A stretch of DNA of 64,000 nt from an archaeon (GTDB taxonomy: Archaea; Nanobdellota; Nanobdellia; Woesearchaeales; UBA9642): the NCBI GenBank assembly GCA_020057295.1, contig JAGVGF010000006.1, forward strand, positions 128,001 to 192,000. The letters are read 5' to 3'. How positions within the stretch are numbered: the first letter of the stretch is position 1; each line of letters opens with the position of its first letter. Positions 49,634 through 61,500 of this stretch are shown here, one piece after another. A program made the translations under genes and the position numbers. The notes beneath the pieces are model-generated. The model was not told the DNA's origin. It did not search any database and saw only the letters and a program-made list of their open reading frames with translations.

Positions 49634-52600
49634 TTACTTAACACTTAAGTTAAATTGATCATCATATATTTCGTAATTATTATACCAACTATTTAGACCA
49701 CAATAATTAGTAAATTTACTCTTACAAAGAGCATTAGTTCCACATAATTGAGTGGCAATTGATGGAAAATTTTGAAGAGGATATAAACAATCCGTCTTAA
49801 ATTGCCATTTATTAGTTGTTTTATTAAAAATTGCAGGTTGATCGCATTTCTTAGTCAAATTATTAGATGCAACAAGATTATTCATAATAGACCTATAACC
49901 TTCATCGCACTTCACAGGAGAAGGTTTGCATGAATCGGAAGACGAATAATAATCATATTTTTTATCAGGACACGCAGGGTAAATACCGCCTTTATCGCCT
50001 TGACCTTTCAAAGTTAATACTTCCTTAATTTTTTTGAATTCTCCTCCAGATATCGCAACGTACTTGTTTACACCTAAATCATAAGTCATTGTCTGTCCCT
50101 CTTTCAAACAAACAGGACATCCTGTAACATTATCTTGAACAATAGTTCCATTGACACATTCCGCATGCAATTTCATTTTAGAAGACACACCATGTTCAAT
50201 ATTACATAAAGCAGCATTAATTTTGTTTGGATCTAAAATAACGGAGTCAGTCGTAGTTCTCTCACGATCAATACCATCTGCATCTATTATTTTGGTAGTA
50301 TCAGGGAATTGATGTATTCCACAATCTGGATCCGCTGATGTTCCATTAACCTTTGCACATATAGGTGTACTCGAGAAATCATCAGGACAGAAACCATCCA
50401 TATTAATACTACAAGCTCTATCTTCAACTGTAGCATCAGGATAAACTATAGCCAAATCAGAAGGAGGACTACAAGTAACTTGTAAAACAAAAGATCTTTC
50501 TGATGATGCTTTTATCCATTCTTTACCATTCCATCTTGCACAATATCCATACTCTCCCTCAACAGAATACTTTACATTTGCGACACCTGTGGATTTACAG
50601 TATTTTAATAATGATTTTTGATCGGCACAAATATTTAATTGTGCTGTAGATCTAGTAGTTTTGTTGTCAATAGCAGACACCTTAGGGCTTACAGCAGTTA
50701 CAGCTCCAGAACCAACACAAGTAACAGAATTAATATCAGCACCGTATTTTAGATTTTGTCCTCCGACATAACTCAAACAAGGAGTTCCTACACCAATTTT
50801 TACTCCAACAATTGCATCACCATAACCTAAATAACTACAGAATTGTTTTAACGTGAAAGAATCACCACAAACAGGATATCTATTATTATCACCATTATAC
50901 AATTTAAGTAAATCGTTGCTCGTAGAATAAGTTTGTTTACTATTAGATAAAGGTCTTCCAATTTTATAATTATTACATATAACTCCTCCTGCACCTAACT
51001 GATTAACTAGGAGAGAAGGCCATTCTGTAAATCCTTTAAGAACAGCACCATATTGATTGTATGTAGTAGCTGCATTATTACAAGTATCAATTATTATTTT
51101 ATAATTTCCTGAACTACCATACCATATATTACTTCTAAAAACACCCGATCCTGGTAATCCATCACGGAATGCAGCCTGCATAGCATATAATCTGTTGGCA
51201 ACAAAATGTTCTGTAGTCTCTCCAGGACTTAATGAAACGGAATAAGTTATCGAACCTCTCTGATTACCATCAACAGTTGCTCCATCTTTTACTCTGTGAT
51301 TACCACCAGCAAACATTTCACCATCATAACTAATTTTGAAATCTGGATCATCAACGCTACCAATATCAACTTGTAAATTCGATACAAGATCTTGACATGT
51401 TGTTGCTGGACCATGATAATCGACAGTTATTCCAATTGCACCATTAGTATCACAAGAATATACAGCTCCATATGCACTGTTAGTAACACCAGGTATTATA
51501 TTACATCTATTACCACCAGTTAATGTTACACCTTCAATTTTACAATCAATTTTTTTACATGCATTACTACACGCATCAGCAAAATCTTCACTATTACCAT
51601 CATCACATTCTTCTGCACCTTGTACTCTTCCATCACCACAACTCTGACAAGTTCCTTGTCCAGTAATACTATTACAATCAGAACTACATGTTGGTACACC
51701 TATGTAAGCACCATAATAATTAGTACCAGCAGCACTCTTTCCACCATAAAATTCTGAACAAGTGTGTGATCCAGGATTTGTTCCGTCACAAGTCTCTGTT
51801 CCTTCAACAGCATTATTACCACAATAAGAACATGTTCCTCGAGTAATTGCACAAGTACTACTACAAGAAGGAGTTCCATGATTCATATCACGATCAACAT
51901 TATTATACACGATACTATATTCAGAGCAAGTATGCGAACCAATATTTGTTTTATCACATTCTTCAGTACCTTCAATAATATTATTCATACATAAAGAACA
52001 AGTTCCTTTCGTTAAAGCACAATTAGTACACGATGGAGTTCCATGATTCAAATTCCAGTAAGCATTGTTAAACAATGTAGTGAATTCATCACAACTATAA
52101 CCACCAAGATTTGAACCATCACACTGCTCACTTCCTTCAACAATATTATTCATACACAAAGAACATGATCCTAAAGTTATTTGACAATTACCATTACATC
52201 CTGGAGTTCCATGATTCAAATTCCAGTCAGCATTGTTAAACAATGTAGTAAAATAGTCACATGAATATCCTTCATCTAAATTAATCACTGAACCATCGCA
52301 TTGTTCATAAACTCCATAAGCATTAGGCCATTGAAGAGAACCATCGCCGCATCGTGTACAGTCTGGATCAGATATCCCGTGACTTGCACATATTCCTGAC
52401 GATATTCCGCAACTTGATCCATAATTATTCGGACATATTCCATCACTGGCTCCGCAAGTATAAATATTATAATTTCCAGAAGAAACATCATATAATTTTA
52501 CACCATAACCGTGTGTTCCAGAATAACATGTTCCAGAACATATTGGAGATATTGATCCTGAGCAAACATAAGATGTAGTCCAGCTACCACATTCATATAC

Positions 52601-53497
52601 ACATCCAGTTCCAGAGCCGTTCCATAATGCAAATTGTTCTAAAGAGTTTAAAGGTTTTGCATCGAAAGATTCTCCATTAATAAATTCGCGATTATTCACC
52701 GAAATATCAGATAAAGTTATTTTTGGACAAATCCAGGAACTGCAATATTGTGAAGTCTGACAGACACCGGTACAATAATAATTATCTGGAGCATCGCAAG
52801 TCATTTCTGCATTTGTGTTACATGAACCTTCACAATAACAATTTCTATTATTTAATTCTCCTCCTTGTTTACTATCACACATAGTTGTTGGTGAACTATA
52901 TGTTACAGCGTAAACTTTATTATTGCCTGGAGTGTTATCACAAATGTAGTTGTAACATCCACCATTAGCTACGACATACATTCCGTCTTTGTAAGACACT
53001 GTACCATAAGAACTACATGCAATGTTTTGGCATTGACCATTTACACAATTCTGATTTGCTCCACACACATTTCCACACGATCCACAATTAGTAACAGTAT
53101 TTATTGGAGTCTCACACCCATCAGATGCTATTTGATTACAATTTTTTTGTGTATTACGCGCACAAGGTTCGCATCCGCTAGAATCATCACAGTAAGAATT
53201 TATGCCACAATTTTGACTAAAATAACACGATACGCCACCAGTCCACCTAGCAGTGTTATATCCTGTACTCGTACAACCAAGAAAATCAATAGGATTACAA
53301 CTAGGATAAGAAACGGGATTTTTAAACACACATGCTCCACCAGTCCATGTACACAAACTATTCATTAAACATCCTGAATATGATTCGTGTGGACAAGGTG
53401 GACGCGCATAAACAATGTTTGATAATATTATTACTAAAAATATTAGTAGAACAATGGTGATTCCTTTCCAAATATAACTTCGCCTACTCATCCTCAT
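49634..53497 (-). CDS. Large Cys-rich secreted protein (1287 aa) with Myxococcus-type Cys-rich repeats
   Basis: Signal peptide; repeated CG(D/N)xxx(E/Q)GxExCD units, CDDGN, DGxCP...DPDC. Confidence 0.85.
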   Translation of the reverse strand: MRMSRRSYIWKGITIVLLIFLVIILSNIVYARPPCPHESYSGCLMNSLCTWTGGACVFKNPVSYPSCNPIDFLGCTSTGYNTARWTGGVSCYFSQNCGINSYCDDSSGCEPCARNTQKNCNQIASDGCETPINTVTNCGSCGNVCGANQNCVNGQCQNIACSSYGTVSYKDGMYVVANGGCYNYICDNTPGNNKVYAVTYSSPTTMCDSKQGGELNNRNCYCEGSCNTNAEMTCDAPDNYYCTGVCQTSQYCSSWICPKITLSDISVNNREFINGESFDAKPLNSLEQFALWNGSGTGCVYECGSWTTSYVCSGSISPICSGTCYSGTHGYGVKLYDVSSGNYNIYTCGASDGICPNNYGSSCGISSGICASHGISDPDCTRCGDGSLQWPNAYGVYEQCDGSVINLDEGYSCDYFTTLFNNADWNLNHGTPGCNGNCQITLGSCSLCMNNIVEGSEQCDGSNLGGYSCDEFTTLFNNAYWNLNHGTPSCTNCALTKGTCSLCMNNIIEGTEECDKTNIGSHTCSEYSIVYNNVDRDMNHGTPSCSSTCAITRGTCSYCGNNAVEGTETCDGTNPGSHTCSEFYGGKSAAGTNYYGAYIGVPTCSSDCNSITGQGTCQSCGDGRVQGAEECDDGNSEDFADACSNACKKIDCKIEGVTLTGGNRCNIIPGVTNSAYGAVYSCDTNGAIGITVDYHGPATTCQDLVSNLQVDIGSVDDPDFKISYDGEMFAGGNHRVKDGATVDGNQRGSITYSVSLSPGETTEHFVANRLYAMQAAFRDGLPGSGVFRSNIWYGSSGNYKIIIDTCNNAATTYNQYGAVLKGFTEWPSLLVNQLGAGGVICNNYKIGRPLSNSKQTYSTSNDLLKLYNGDNNRYPVCGDSFTLKQFCSYLGYGDAIVGVKIGVGTPCLSYVGGQNLKYGADINSVTCVGSGAVTAVSPKVSAIDNKTTRSTAQLNICADQKSLLKYCKSTGVANVKYSVEGEYGYCARWNGKEWIKASSERSFVLQVTCSPPSDLAIVYPDATVEDRACSINMDGFCPDDFSSTPICAKVNGTSADPDCGIHQFPDTTKIIDADGIDRERTTTDSVILDPNKINAALCNIEHGVSSKMKLHAECVNGTIVQDNVTGCPVCLKEGQTMTYDLGVNKYVAISGGEFKKIKEVLTLKGQGDKGGIYPACPDKKYDYYSSSDSCKPSPVKCDEGYRSIMNNLVASNNLTKKCDQPAIFNKTTNKWQFKTDCLYPLQNFPSIATQLCGTNALCKSKFTNYCGLNSWYNNYEIYDDQFNLSVK

Positions 53498-53641
53498 TTT
53501 TTACCTTTTAACTCACCTTTTAGTAATACACGACAATGTTATTTAAATATATTGCGTTTTTTAAACTTAAATTTAGATAATATAAAAACTAAGAATAGTA
53601 TCTGTTAATATATCTATTATGAAAATATATAATAAGAAAAA

Positions 53642-55441
53642 TTATTTTTTCAAAATCATCTTTATGGTTTTCATGTATGGTTTTTCTGTTCCTGTTGTCG
53701 GATTTGCAATCATTCTCAATAAATATACACCGCTACTTAATCCGTTTCCATCTACTTGTTCTGTATACATTCCAGAATTTTGTATTCCTTTATCTACTTC
53801 TCTGACTAATTGTCCTAATGTGTTATATAATCCTAATGTTACATGAGCATTCTGCTTTAATGAATATCTAACATTTGTCGTCGGATTAAAAGGATTAGGA
53901 GAGTTTTGTGAAAGTTCGAACGATTTAGTATTATTTTTTAATATTAATTCTATATTGTTTGAATATTTAAATTGTCCATCATTATCTATTTGTTTTAATC
54001 TATATTCTACTGTATCAGAAATATTTGTTTCTACAAATTCATATGTTCTTGATACGGATGAACTTCCTGAACCTTGAACAAATCCTACTCTTTTCCAATC
54101 TTTAATTTTTCTATCAACATTTTTTTCTACATCAAAGCCATAATTATTTACTTCTGTTGCAGTAGTCCATTTAAGACGAGCAATATTATCAATATATGAT
54201 CCTATAAACGATACTAATTCTACTGGAAGAGGAGTTGAATTAGTAGTATTTGACCATTCACTAACTCCTGCTTCGTTTTTTGCTCTAACTCTTACAAAAT
54301 ATTTTGTATTTGGAGAAGCAGTAAAATTTTTATCTGTTCTTCTAAGTAAAGAATCATTTACTGAAAAAGTTGTGAATGATGAATCTGTGGATATTTGTAA
54401 ATGATATGTTTCCGTACCAAATGAATTTGTCCATTTAACAAGCATTTCTAAAGGGACTCCTGTTGAATTATTAACTGGTTGTGTTATAGATACTGAAGAT
54501 GGAATTGTTGGACTAACATAATCTTCTATATTTAATAAGAATGCGTTTTGTTCTCCTCTAACTTTTGCCTTATGATGTCTCTCAGCAGTTTTTGTTAATA
54601 TATTATCATCTAATGTAAATTCTGGAGGATGTCCGTTCGGATCCATATTACTTGAAAATGTTGTTACATAACTTTTATCATCTCCAAATCCTGCAACTTC
54701 GTGTTGTAAGATAGGAATTGTTGGACCAGGAGAAACATTTGCACTGATAATATTTATTAAACCATTTCCATCATCGAATATAGTAGTTTGATTGTTATAT
54801 GGACTGTTAAAAGTTATTAGCACTCCACCATTATCTACTACATCCGCTGAATCTGTTGTTAATATATATCTTTTTTCTTTCAATATAAATTCTATGCTTG
54901 ATGTGTCGGAATCTTGCCATTGCGTTAATCCATTTCCTAATGCTTTTCTAAATATTAACGAATCGTATGATGTTGCGTTGCTTAAGAATGTTTTTTTAGG
55001 GTAATCTGCAAATAGAGGGTCTTTATTTTTTGGAGCACTACTTGAATATAGATCTATCATTTTCTCAGCTGTAATTATTCCTGTTCCTTTAGTTACAGTT
55101 TGTGTTGTTTCTGGAAGCGTAAAATTTAATGTCTTATTGCTTGTAATATTTACTGCAGTTTCAAAAAAATCCATATATCCTTTTTTACTGATTCTTACAT
55201 TATGTGTTCCTGATTGTATTCCTGCAATGGAGTAATTTCCGTTAACATCTGTTTCTGCAGTAATGGCACTTGAATCCACATATAATTTTACATTTTCTAT
55301 TGGAACTCCTGTTGAATCTTTTAATGAAGTAATTTTTCCTTGTAAAGTGTAGTTTTGAGCTGAAGCTAATCCTGATACAAATAAAACAGGTAAAACTATT
55401 TTACGGAATAATCTACCTACAATATTATCGAGTTTTAGCAT
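53642..55441 (-). CDS. Secreted protein with T9SS type A C-terminal sorting domain (paralog of 47469-49571)
   Basis: Signal peptide ending ASA-Q; PLPVELVSF...WTTATEVNNYGF...YRLKQIDNDG Ig-like module; CTD FELSQNSPNPFNPTT...KMILKK. Confidence 0.87.
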   Translation of the reverse strand: MLKLDNIVGRLFRKIVLPVLFVSGLASAQNYTLQGKITSLKDSTGVPIENVKLYVDSSAITAETDVNGNYSIAGIQSGTHNVRISKKGYMDFFETAVNITSNKTLNFTLPETTQTVTKGTGIITAEKMIDLYSSSAPKNKDPLFADYPKKTFLSNATSYDSLIFRKALGNGLTQWQDSDTSSIEFILKEKRYILTTDSADVVDNGGVLITFNSPYNNQTTIFDDGNGLINIISANVSPGPTIPILQHEVAGFGDDKSYVTTFSSNMDPNGHPPEFTLDDNILTKTAERHHKAKVRGEQNAFLLNIEDYVSPTIPSSVSITQPVNNSTGVPLEMLVKWTNSFGTETYHLQISTDSSFTTFSVNDSLLRRTDKNFTASPNTKYFVRVRAKNEAGVSEWSNTTNSTPLPVELVSFIGSYIDNIARLKWTTATEVNNYGFDVEKNVDRKIKDWKRVGFVQGSGSSSVSRTYEFVETNISDTVEYRLKQIDNDGQFKYSNNIELILKNNTKSFELSQNSPNPFNPTTNVRYSLKQNAHVTLGLYNTLGQLVREVDKGIQNSGMYTEQVDGNGLSSGVYLLRMIANPTTGTEKPYMKTIKMILKK

Positions 55442-55469
55442 AGTATATTATGATAAGCAGTATTTATAA

Positions 55470-55502
55470 AGTTTTTGGTTGTAGTCACTCAATAGTGACT
55501 AT
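55470..55502 (-). promoter_or_regulatory. Promoter-proximal palindrome upstream of the T9SS-CTD gene
   Basis: TAGTCACT-caat-AGTGACTA just upstream of the TTTATAAA box; a degenerate equivalent lies upstream of the paralog (~49610-49633). Confidence 0.5.
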
Positions 55503-55529
55503 TATTAAGAATTTTTTCTAATAAAATAA

Positions 55530-58500
55530 CTAGTTTACAACAATATTTTTCTTTCCATAAATAAGATATTTTCCACTCGTACTATTAAACAAATTAGAAA
55601 TTCCACAATAATAACCTATTTTATCAGTCACAACAATATCAGGGAATGTACAATTAGTAATAATACTATTTACAATAAGATCATATTTCGGATCTTCAAC
55701 AATGTTACCAGGAATTACAGCTGCAGTAGGATTTATTAAACAATTGCGTACACATTCATTAGATAAAGTAACTTTTTTCTTATCTAAACCACATTTTTTA
55801 GCACATTTTTTAACAGTATCAGCACTAGAACCATTAACTCTCTCATCACCAGTTATATTCACAAATAAAGGTAACTTAAATAACGCGTTAAGCAATTTAG
55901 AACAATTATTTCCTGTATTGAAATCCGTACCTACATCACAACTATTTAAAGCCGGAAAACAATATCCGTCTGTCAAACCATATCTGAATCCTTGAGGACA
56001 AAGAGTTTTATTAGCTGAACATATAACTGTATTTCCATCGTAATTAGTTACAGCAGGATTATCCAAATTTAAACTTGCTACTAGACATGCAGCTTGACCA
56101 CTAGAATTTTTATACACACAATTAGACGCGCCAGCGCATATCTTATGAACAGGAGGAACTGGTAATGCACATGATTGACCTAAAACAGTTAGTCCAAGTT
56201 TATCACGAACTTCTGCGCATGTCATCCACGTATGATGTGCAGAATCTATAGTGAAATTTACACCAGAGTTTGCAACAGGAATATTTTGTGTATGTGGATA
56301 GAATTTATCATCAACAGTATTCAAAGTTTTTGCCGCGTTTGTAAAGAATGCTGCTCCGCCAGGAGGAATTACACCCATTAATTTTCCTGCACATTTAGCA
56401 GGAATTGTACCATTTAAAGTATAATTAAATTCTATAGAAGTACTTCCTGCGCCAATACTTAAATCTCCCATTTCGCTACTATTTAATCCAATCACAGCTC
56501 CTTGACCGCCAATGTTACATGCACCATCAGTACTATTAATATCAACTTGTGCAAATCTTGCAGCAGAACAATCACCTGTAAAATTAATTACTACACGAAC
56601 TTTATCTTTTGGAGCACACACTCCCCTATCACAACCAGTACCAGGATACACTGCAACATTTGTAATAGAACATAATTGACAATATACACATCCAGGATTA
56701 CTACTATCACAACTCTCACCATATTGAGGTTGAGTAATTCCATCACCACATCGTGCAGCATCTTGAGTCCATTTCGGCCAATCTATAGTGCATGTATCAA
56801 GACATGGTGCATGACCAGGATAAGGCTGTCCAGCTTTTACGACATGAGTTACACCGAGTGTATCGCATATTTCTCGACCATTATTATTATGATCTCCGTA
56901 TATTTTATAATAATTAGTTCCGCCAGCATTAAGTCCTCGTTGAAAATCATTTTCGGTTAAATCATAAAATGTCCTATCAAGATTAGAAATATCATATGTT
57001 TGAGTTTCATCATTACACCAACTATCATATTTAAAATCACAATGTAACGTAGCCATAAAATAATTAGGATCAGTATCACTAAGAGGAACAACATAAAAAT
57101 CAGGATAATCTGGAACCCACCATCTATTAGACCAAAATTTTGAATGGTTTAAATATCCCCAAAAGCCAGTAAACTGTCTCCATTCTATGTGTGCTTGATA
57201 CCCGCTTTCACAATACGTTTCAGTGCCATCACAAAGAGTTCCATTTTGTGCAAGCCAAGGAAAAGGACCTCCATTAAGATTAGTAGCTCCTTCAGAAATA
57301 GTCTGTGCAATAGCATCTCCACATCTAGTCCTAAGAGTACAATTAGGCGAGCATCCACTACCATCTTGACCAATCATGTTGTCAGGATCATACTCGTCAT
57401 AAGGATCATTTGCTCTTCTTGAGCATGTTACTGATGTTGTAATATTCTTACTATTATTTGTTATCCATTGTAATCCATTCCATAATTTACATGATGCTAC
57501 AGAACCTGAATGAGTCGCAGCAGCTTCATTTGAAGTTGCATAATTATTATCTATACAATATTTTACTCTGCTTGGTTTATCATCACATATAACAACGCGA
57601 GATCCGTCTGTTGCATTTGGAGAAGGATATGTTTTACTTCCACTAGTAGTATTATAATCGCATTGTTCGCCTGCATCTAATTTTCCATCACCACATATTG
57701 GACCAATAATAGTTATATTTGAACATGTAGTATTACAATAGGAACAAACAGTATTAGGTGCAGCAACACATGCTGTGTTAGTATTAAATCCTCCTAAATC
57801 ACATTGTTCTGTAATACTATTATGATTAGGAGTTTGTTTCATACCATCACCACAGATTGACCAATGACATTTGTAACAATCAGCAGTATCAGTAGGACCA
57901 ACATCACATTGTTCTCCATATATTGTATCTACAAAATAATTTCCACAAGAGCCATTAGTTAAAGTTATACCTTTAGTTAGTGTTGTAGAATAATAATTAG
58001 ATTGTTTGTTTAAAGGAATTGGTAAACCACTATAAGCTTCTGAAGCGACTAGTGTTAAAGTTTGTCCATTACATCCAACGGGTATTGAAGGAATTTTATC
58101 GCTAAGTAAATTTGTAGGAGAAGTAAAACTACTAAGATTAGGATTGAAGATTAATAATATCATTTTAGAAATAACATTAGTAGAATCTGGAGTGTTATAA
58201 TTCATAACACAAGAACCGTATGCAGATGCGAAATCTATCTGTACACTTTTTGCTTTAGAACAATCTCCAGTATAATTTACAGTAATATTTAATTTATTAT
58301 CAGAATTACATGCACTATTAACAATATCACATCCATTACCTGGTTTAATATCTATACCAGTAATTTTGCAAGTTCCACACGCTCCATCGCCCATACAGAA
58401 TGTATTTGCTGGACATTGTGCATCACTAGTACACGCAACACATTGCCGGAATATGCATGTAGGCTTCAAAGAATTTTTAACTACACAATCAGTATTAGTA

Positions 58501-61500
58501 TCACACTCTATATTATATAAGTATATAGGATTTATCTGTGTACCAGCATAATACGCAAGAATGGTTGGAGGAAGAGTTGCTCCAATACCAAAATATTCCG
58601 TGTCTATTTTTTCAGAAACATCTTTAGAAGCTAGAACTTTTTTGGAAGGATATGAACCAAGTAAATCATCTTCAGTAATGTCTAATAATCTTTTTGATAA
58701 GTCATTAACAGGTAAAGATTTTACAACAACTCCACCATCATATCTAAATGATATTCCTGTAATATTATTTATTACTTTATTACCACAAATCAAAGGAAGT
58801 GTTGGTACTGTATAAGTAAAAGACGTAGTAGTTATAAGAGGAGTATTTAATAATGTATTAGATCCTGTCATGCCTTTCATCGAGCCACTACTAAATTGTA
58901 TCTTACAAGAATTATCAGAACTTGCAGCATCCACTTGTATTGCTTCTGTTAATGCACAATTGCCAGTATATCTAACATTAACAGTCCAAGTAGTACCAAC
59001 ATTACATGCATTAGCACTACTGCTACCACATGATGAAGGAGTAATTGATGCACTTAATATTGTACAATCTTTAATTTGACAAGTATTAGTACATCCGACA
59101 CTAGTATCTGGAATATTATTGGAGCAAGTAACAGGATATACATAAGCGGCAATCAGAGTATTCCATCCCCCAACATATTTGATACATGGCGTTCCAAAAG
59201 TTATTGGTGTTGCGCCAACAGTTGCAGTATTAAATCCATTCTCCAAACAGAATCTTGTCAATGAAGTAGTATCTCCACATACACCATAATAGTTAGCACC
59301 ATTATTATTTGAACGTTGCATAGATGCAGTAGTACTAAACGTAACAGATGATGGAGGTATATAATCACATTGCTCGCCAGAATCTGTAATAGTATTACCA
59401 CATGTTGTACATCGTGAAACATCATATCCACTACAACCAGTATTACATCCTAATGTTCCTATCCATGTTCTACCATCATTCTTTACGCCCGTACAAGTCA
59501 TAGAATTCAGCGTTGTACCATCACATGTTTCTGAAAATTCTTTAACATTATTTCCACAATATCCACATTTACTATAATCAAAATTACAAGAATTAGTACA
59601 TGAAACAACTCCATTATTGCAGTTCACAGCATTTCCGTTAGCATTAGAACATGAATTGTATTGACTGCAAACTTTTCCATTAATATCAGAACCGTCACAT
59701 ATTTCAGCAGGTTCTCTTATACCATTACTACAATAACCACAACCAGCAGAATTTAGTTTACATCCACCACAAATTAAATTTCCGTTGTTGGCCGGAACAT
59801 CAGCACCATTTCCTTGTGGATCGCTATACACATTATAGTTTGCACAAGTTTTTCCATAAGCAGTTGAACCGTCACATTCATCTCCTCTATTTGGATCGAT
59901 TATATTATCACCACAAATACTCGGAACCCATGAACATCCTAAAGTAGTACATTTAGCTCCACGATACGCGCTACAATCAATTGTACCATCACAATAATTT
60001 GGATTAATAGCAGGTTCAACAGTGTAGCAATTGAGAGGTGCATCTGCACTACAATCATATCCGGACCATGAAAGAGAAGGTATTTCAAATTCGCCACAAC
60101 TTCTAGTTGATGGACCTTTACATATATATTCTAATTTACAAGAACTACATCCATCACCGACAACAGAATTTCCATCATCACATTCTTCTCCATCTAAAAC
60201 GTTAACTACACCATCACCACAAACATTTGGTTGCCAACCACAACCAGCAGCAGTACAAGCAGAATTAGACTGCAAAGAAGAATCTTTACACTCAATTATA
60301 CCGCCACAACTATGATAACATTCACTCCAAAACTGATCAGCATAGCAACCAGCAGGAGCAGTATCACATTCAGTCTCACAATTATCAACAAAATAACCAT
60401 TACAACTTTGAGTTGATGAACCTTTACAAACGTACGTCTTTAAACAACTACTTGAACATCCATCGTAATTGTTTAGATTACCATCATCACACTGTTCTCC
60501 AGCAGCAACATTCATCACACTATCACCACAAACATTTGGTTGCCAAGTACAACCAGCAGCAGTACAAGCAGAATTAGACTGCAAAGAAGAATCCTTACAA
60601 TTAATTGTGCCACCACAAATATTTGGATCATTGCCTGATTCAACAGTAGAGCAATCAGTAGGAGCATTTGCACCACAATCATAACCAGACCATGAAAGAG
60701 AAGGTATTGCAAAAATATCACAACTTCCAGTTGATGAACCTTTACAGACATAATCTAATGCTATACGACAAGTTCCTTGTACAAAAGCTGAACAGTCAGT
60801 TCTACATCCAGGAGTGCCTATATATTCTGCACCATAAATATTAGCACAAGTGGAACCACTAGTACCATCACAAATTTCAAAACCATTTCGTATATTATCA
60901 CCACAATGTTGTGTAGTAGTACATGCATTTAAAGTACAAGAAGCAGAACAACTTTTAGAACCGATGTATCCATTAGTAATACAAATAGTTCCACTACCAT
61001 CACATTGCTCATTACCATTTCTTACGTTATCACCACAAGATTCAGAAGGAACACAAGTTCCTGACCAAGAACAAGATCCAGTACATGATTCAGTTCCCGC
61101 ATAACCTGCTGCAGTAGTACATGCTCGAGTATTGCCATCGCATTGCTCAGGACCAATCGTTATTGAATCTCCGCAATAATATGGAGTAACACAATTATTC
61201 CAGCTACACCAAAGGTCGCAAGATTTAGAGCCAGGATAACCGTTAACAAAACATGTTTCAGTATTACTATCACATTGTTCATTACCATTTCTTACGTTAT
61301 CTCCACAAGATTCATAAGAATAACATTGATCATACCCGTTACACAAACCACCACATCGTTGAGTTCCAGAATAACCTGCTACGGTTGAACAAGATACAGT
61401 ATCACCATCACATAATTCACGACCATTCCTCCAGCCGTCACCGCACATTTCTGTAGAATAACAATTAGAATAGCCTGTGCACAAGAAACAACTTTGAGTG

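Noticed and set aside
47469-53905. DGR-type relationship between the two CTD-coding regions
   Set aside because: Differences involve all bases and look like ordinary paralog divergence
47469-55441. Bacterial contamination explaining the T9SS-CTD genes
   Set aside because: Two copies interleaved with other genes, each with an archaeal TATA box at leaderless spacing and host-like AT content. Unlikely, though only read mapping can exclude it.
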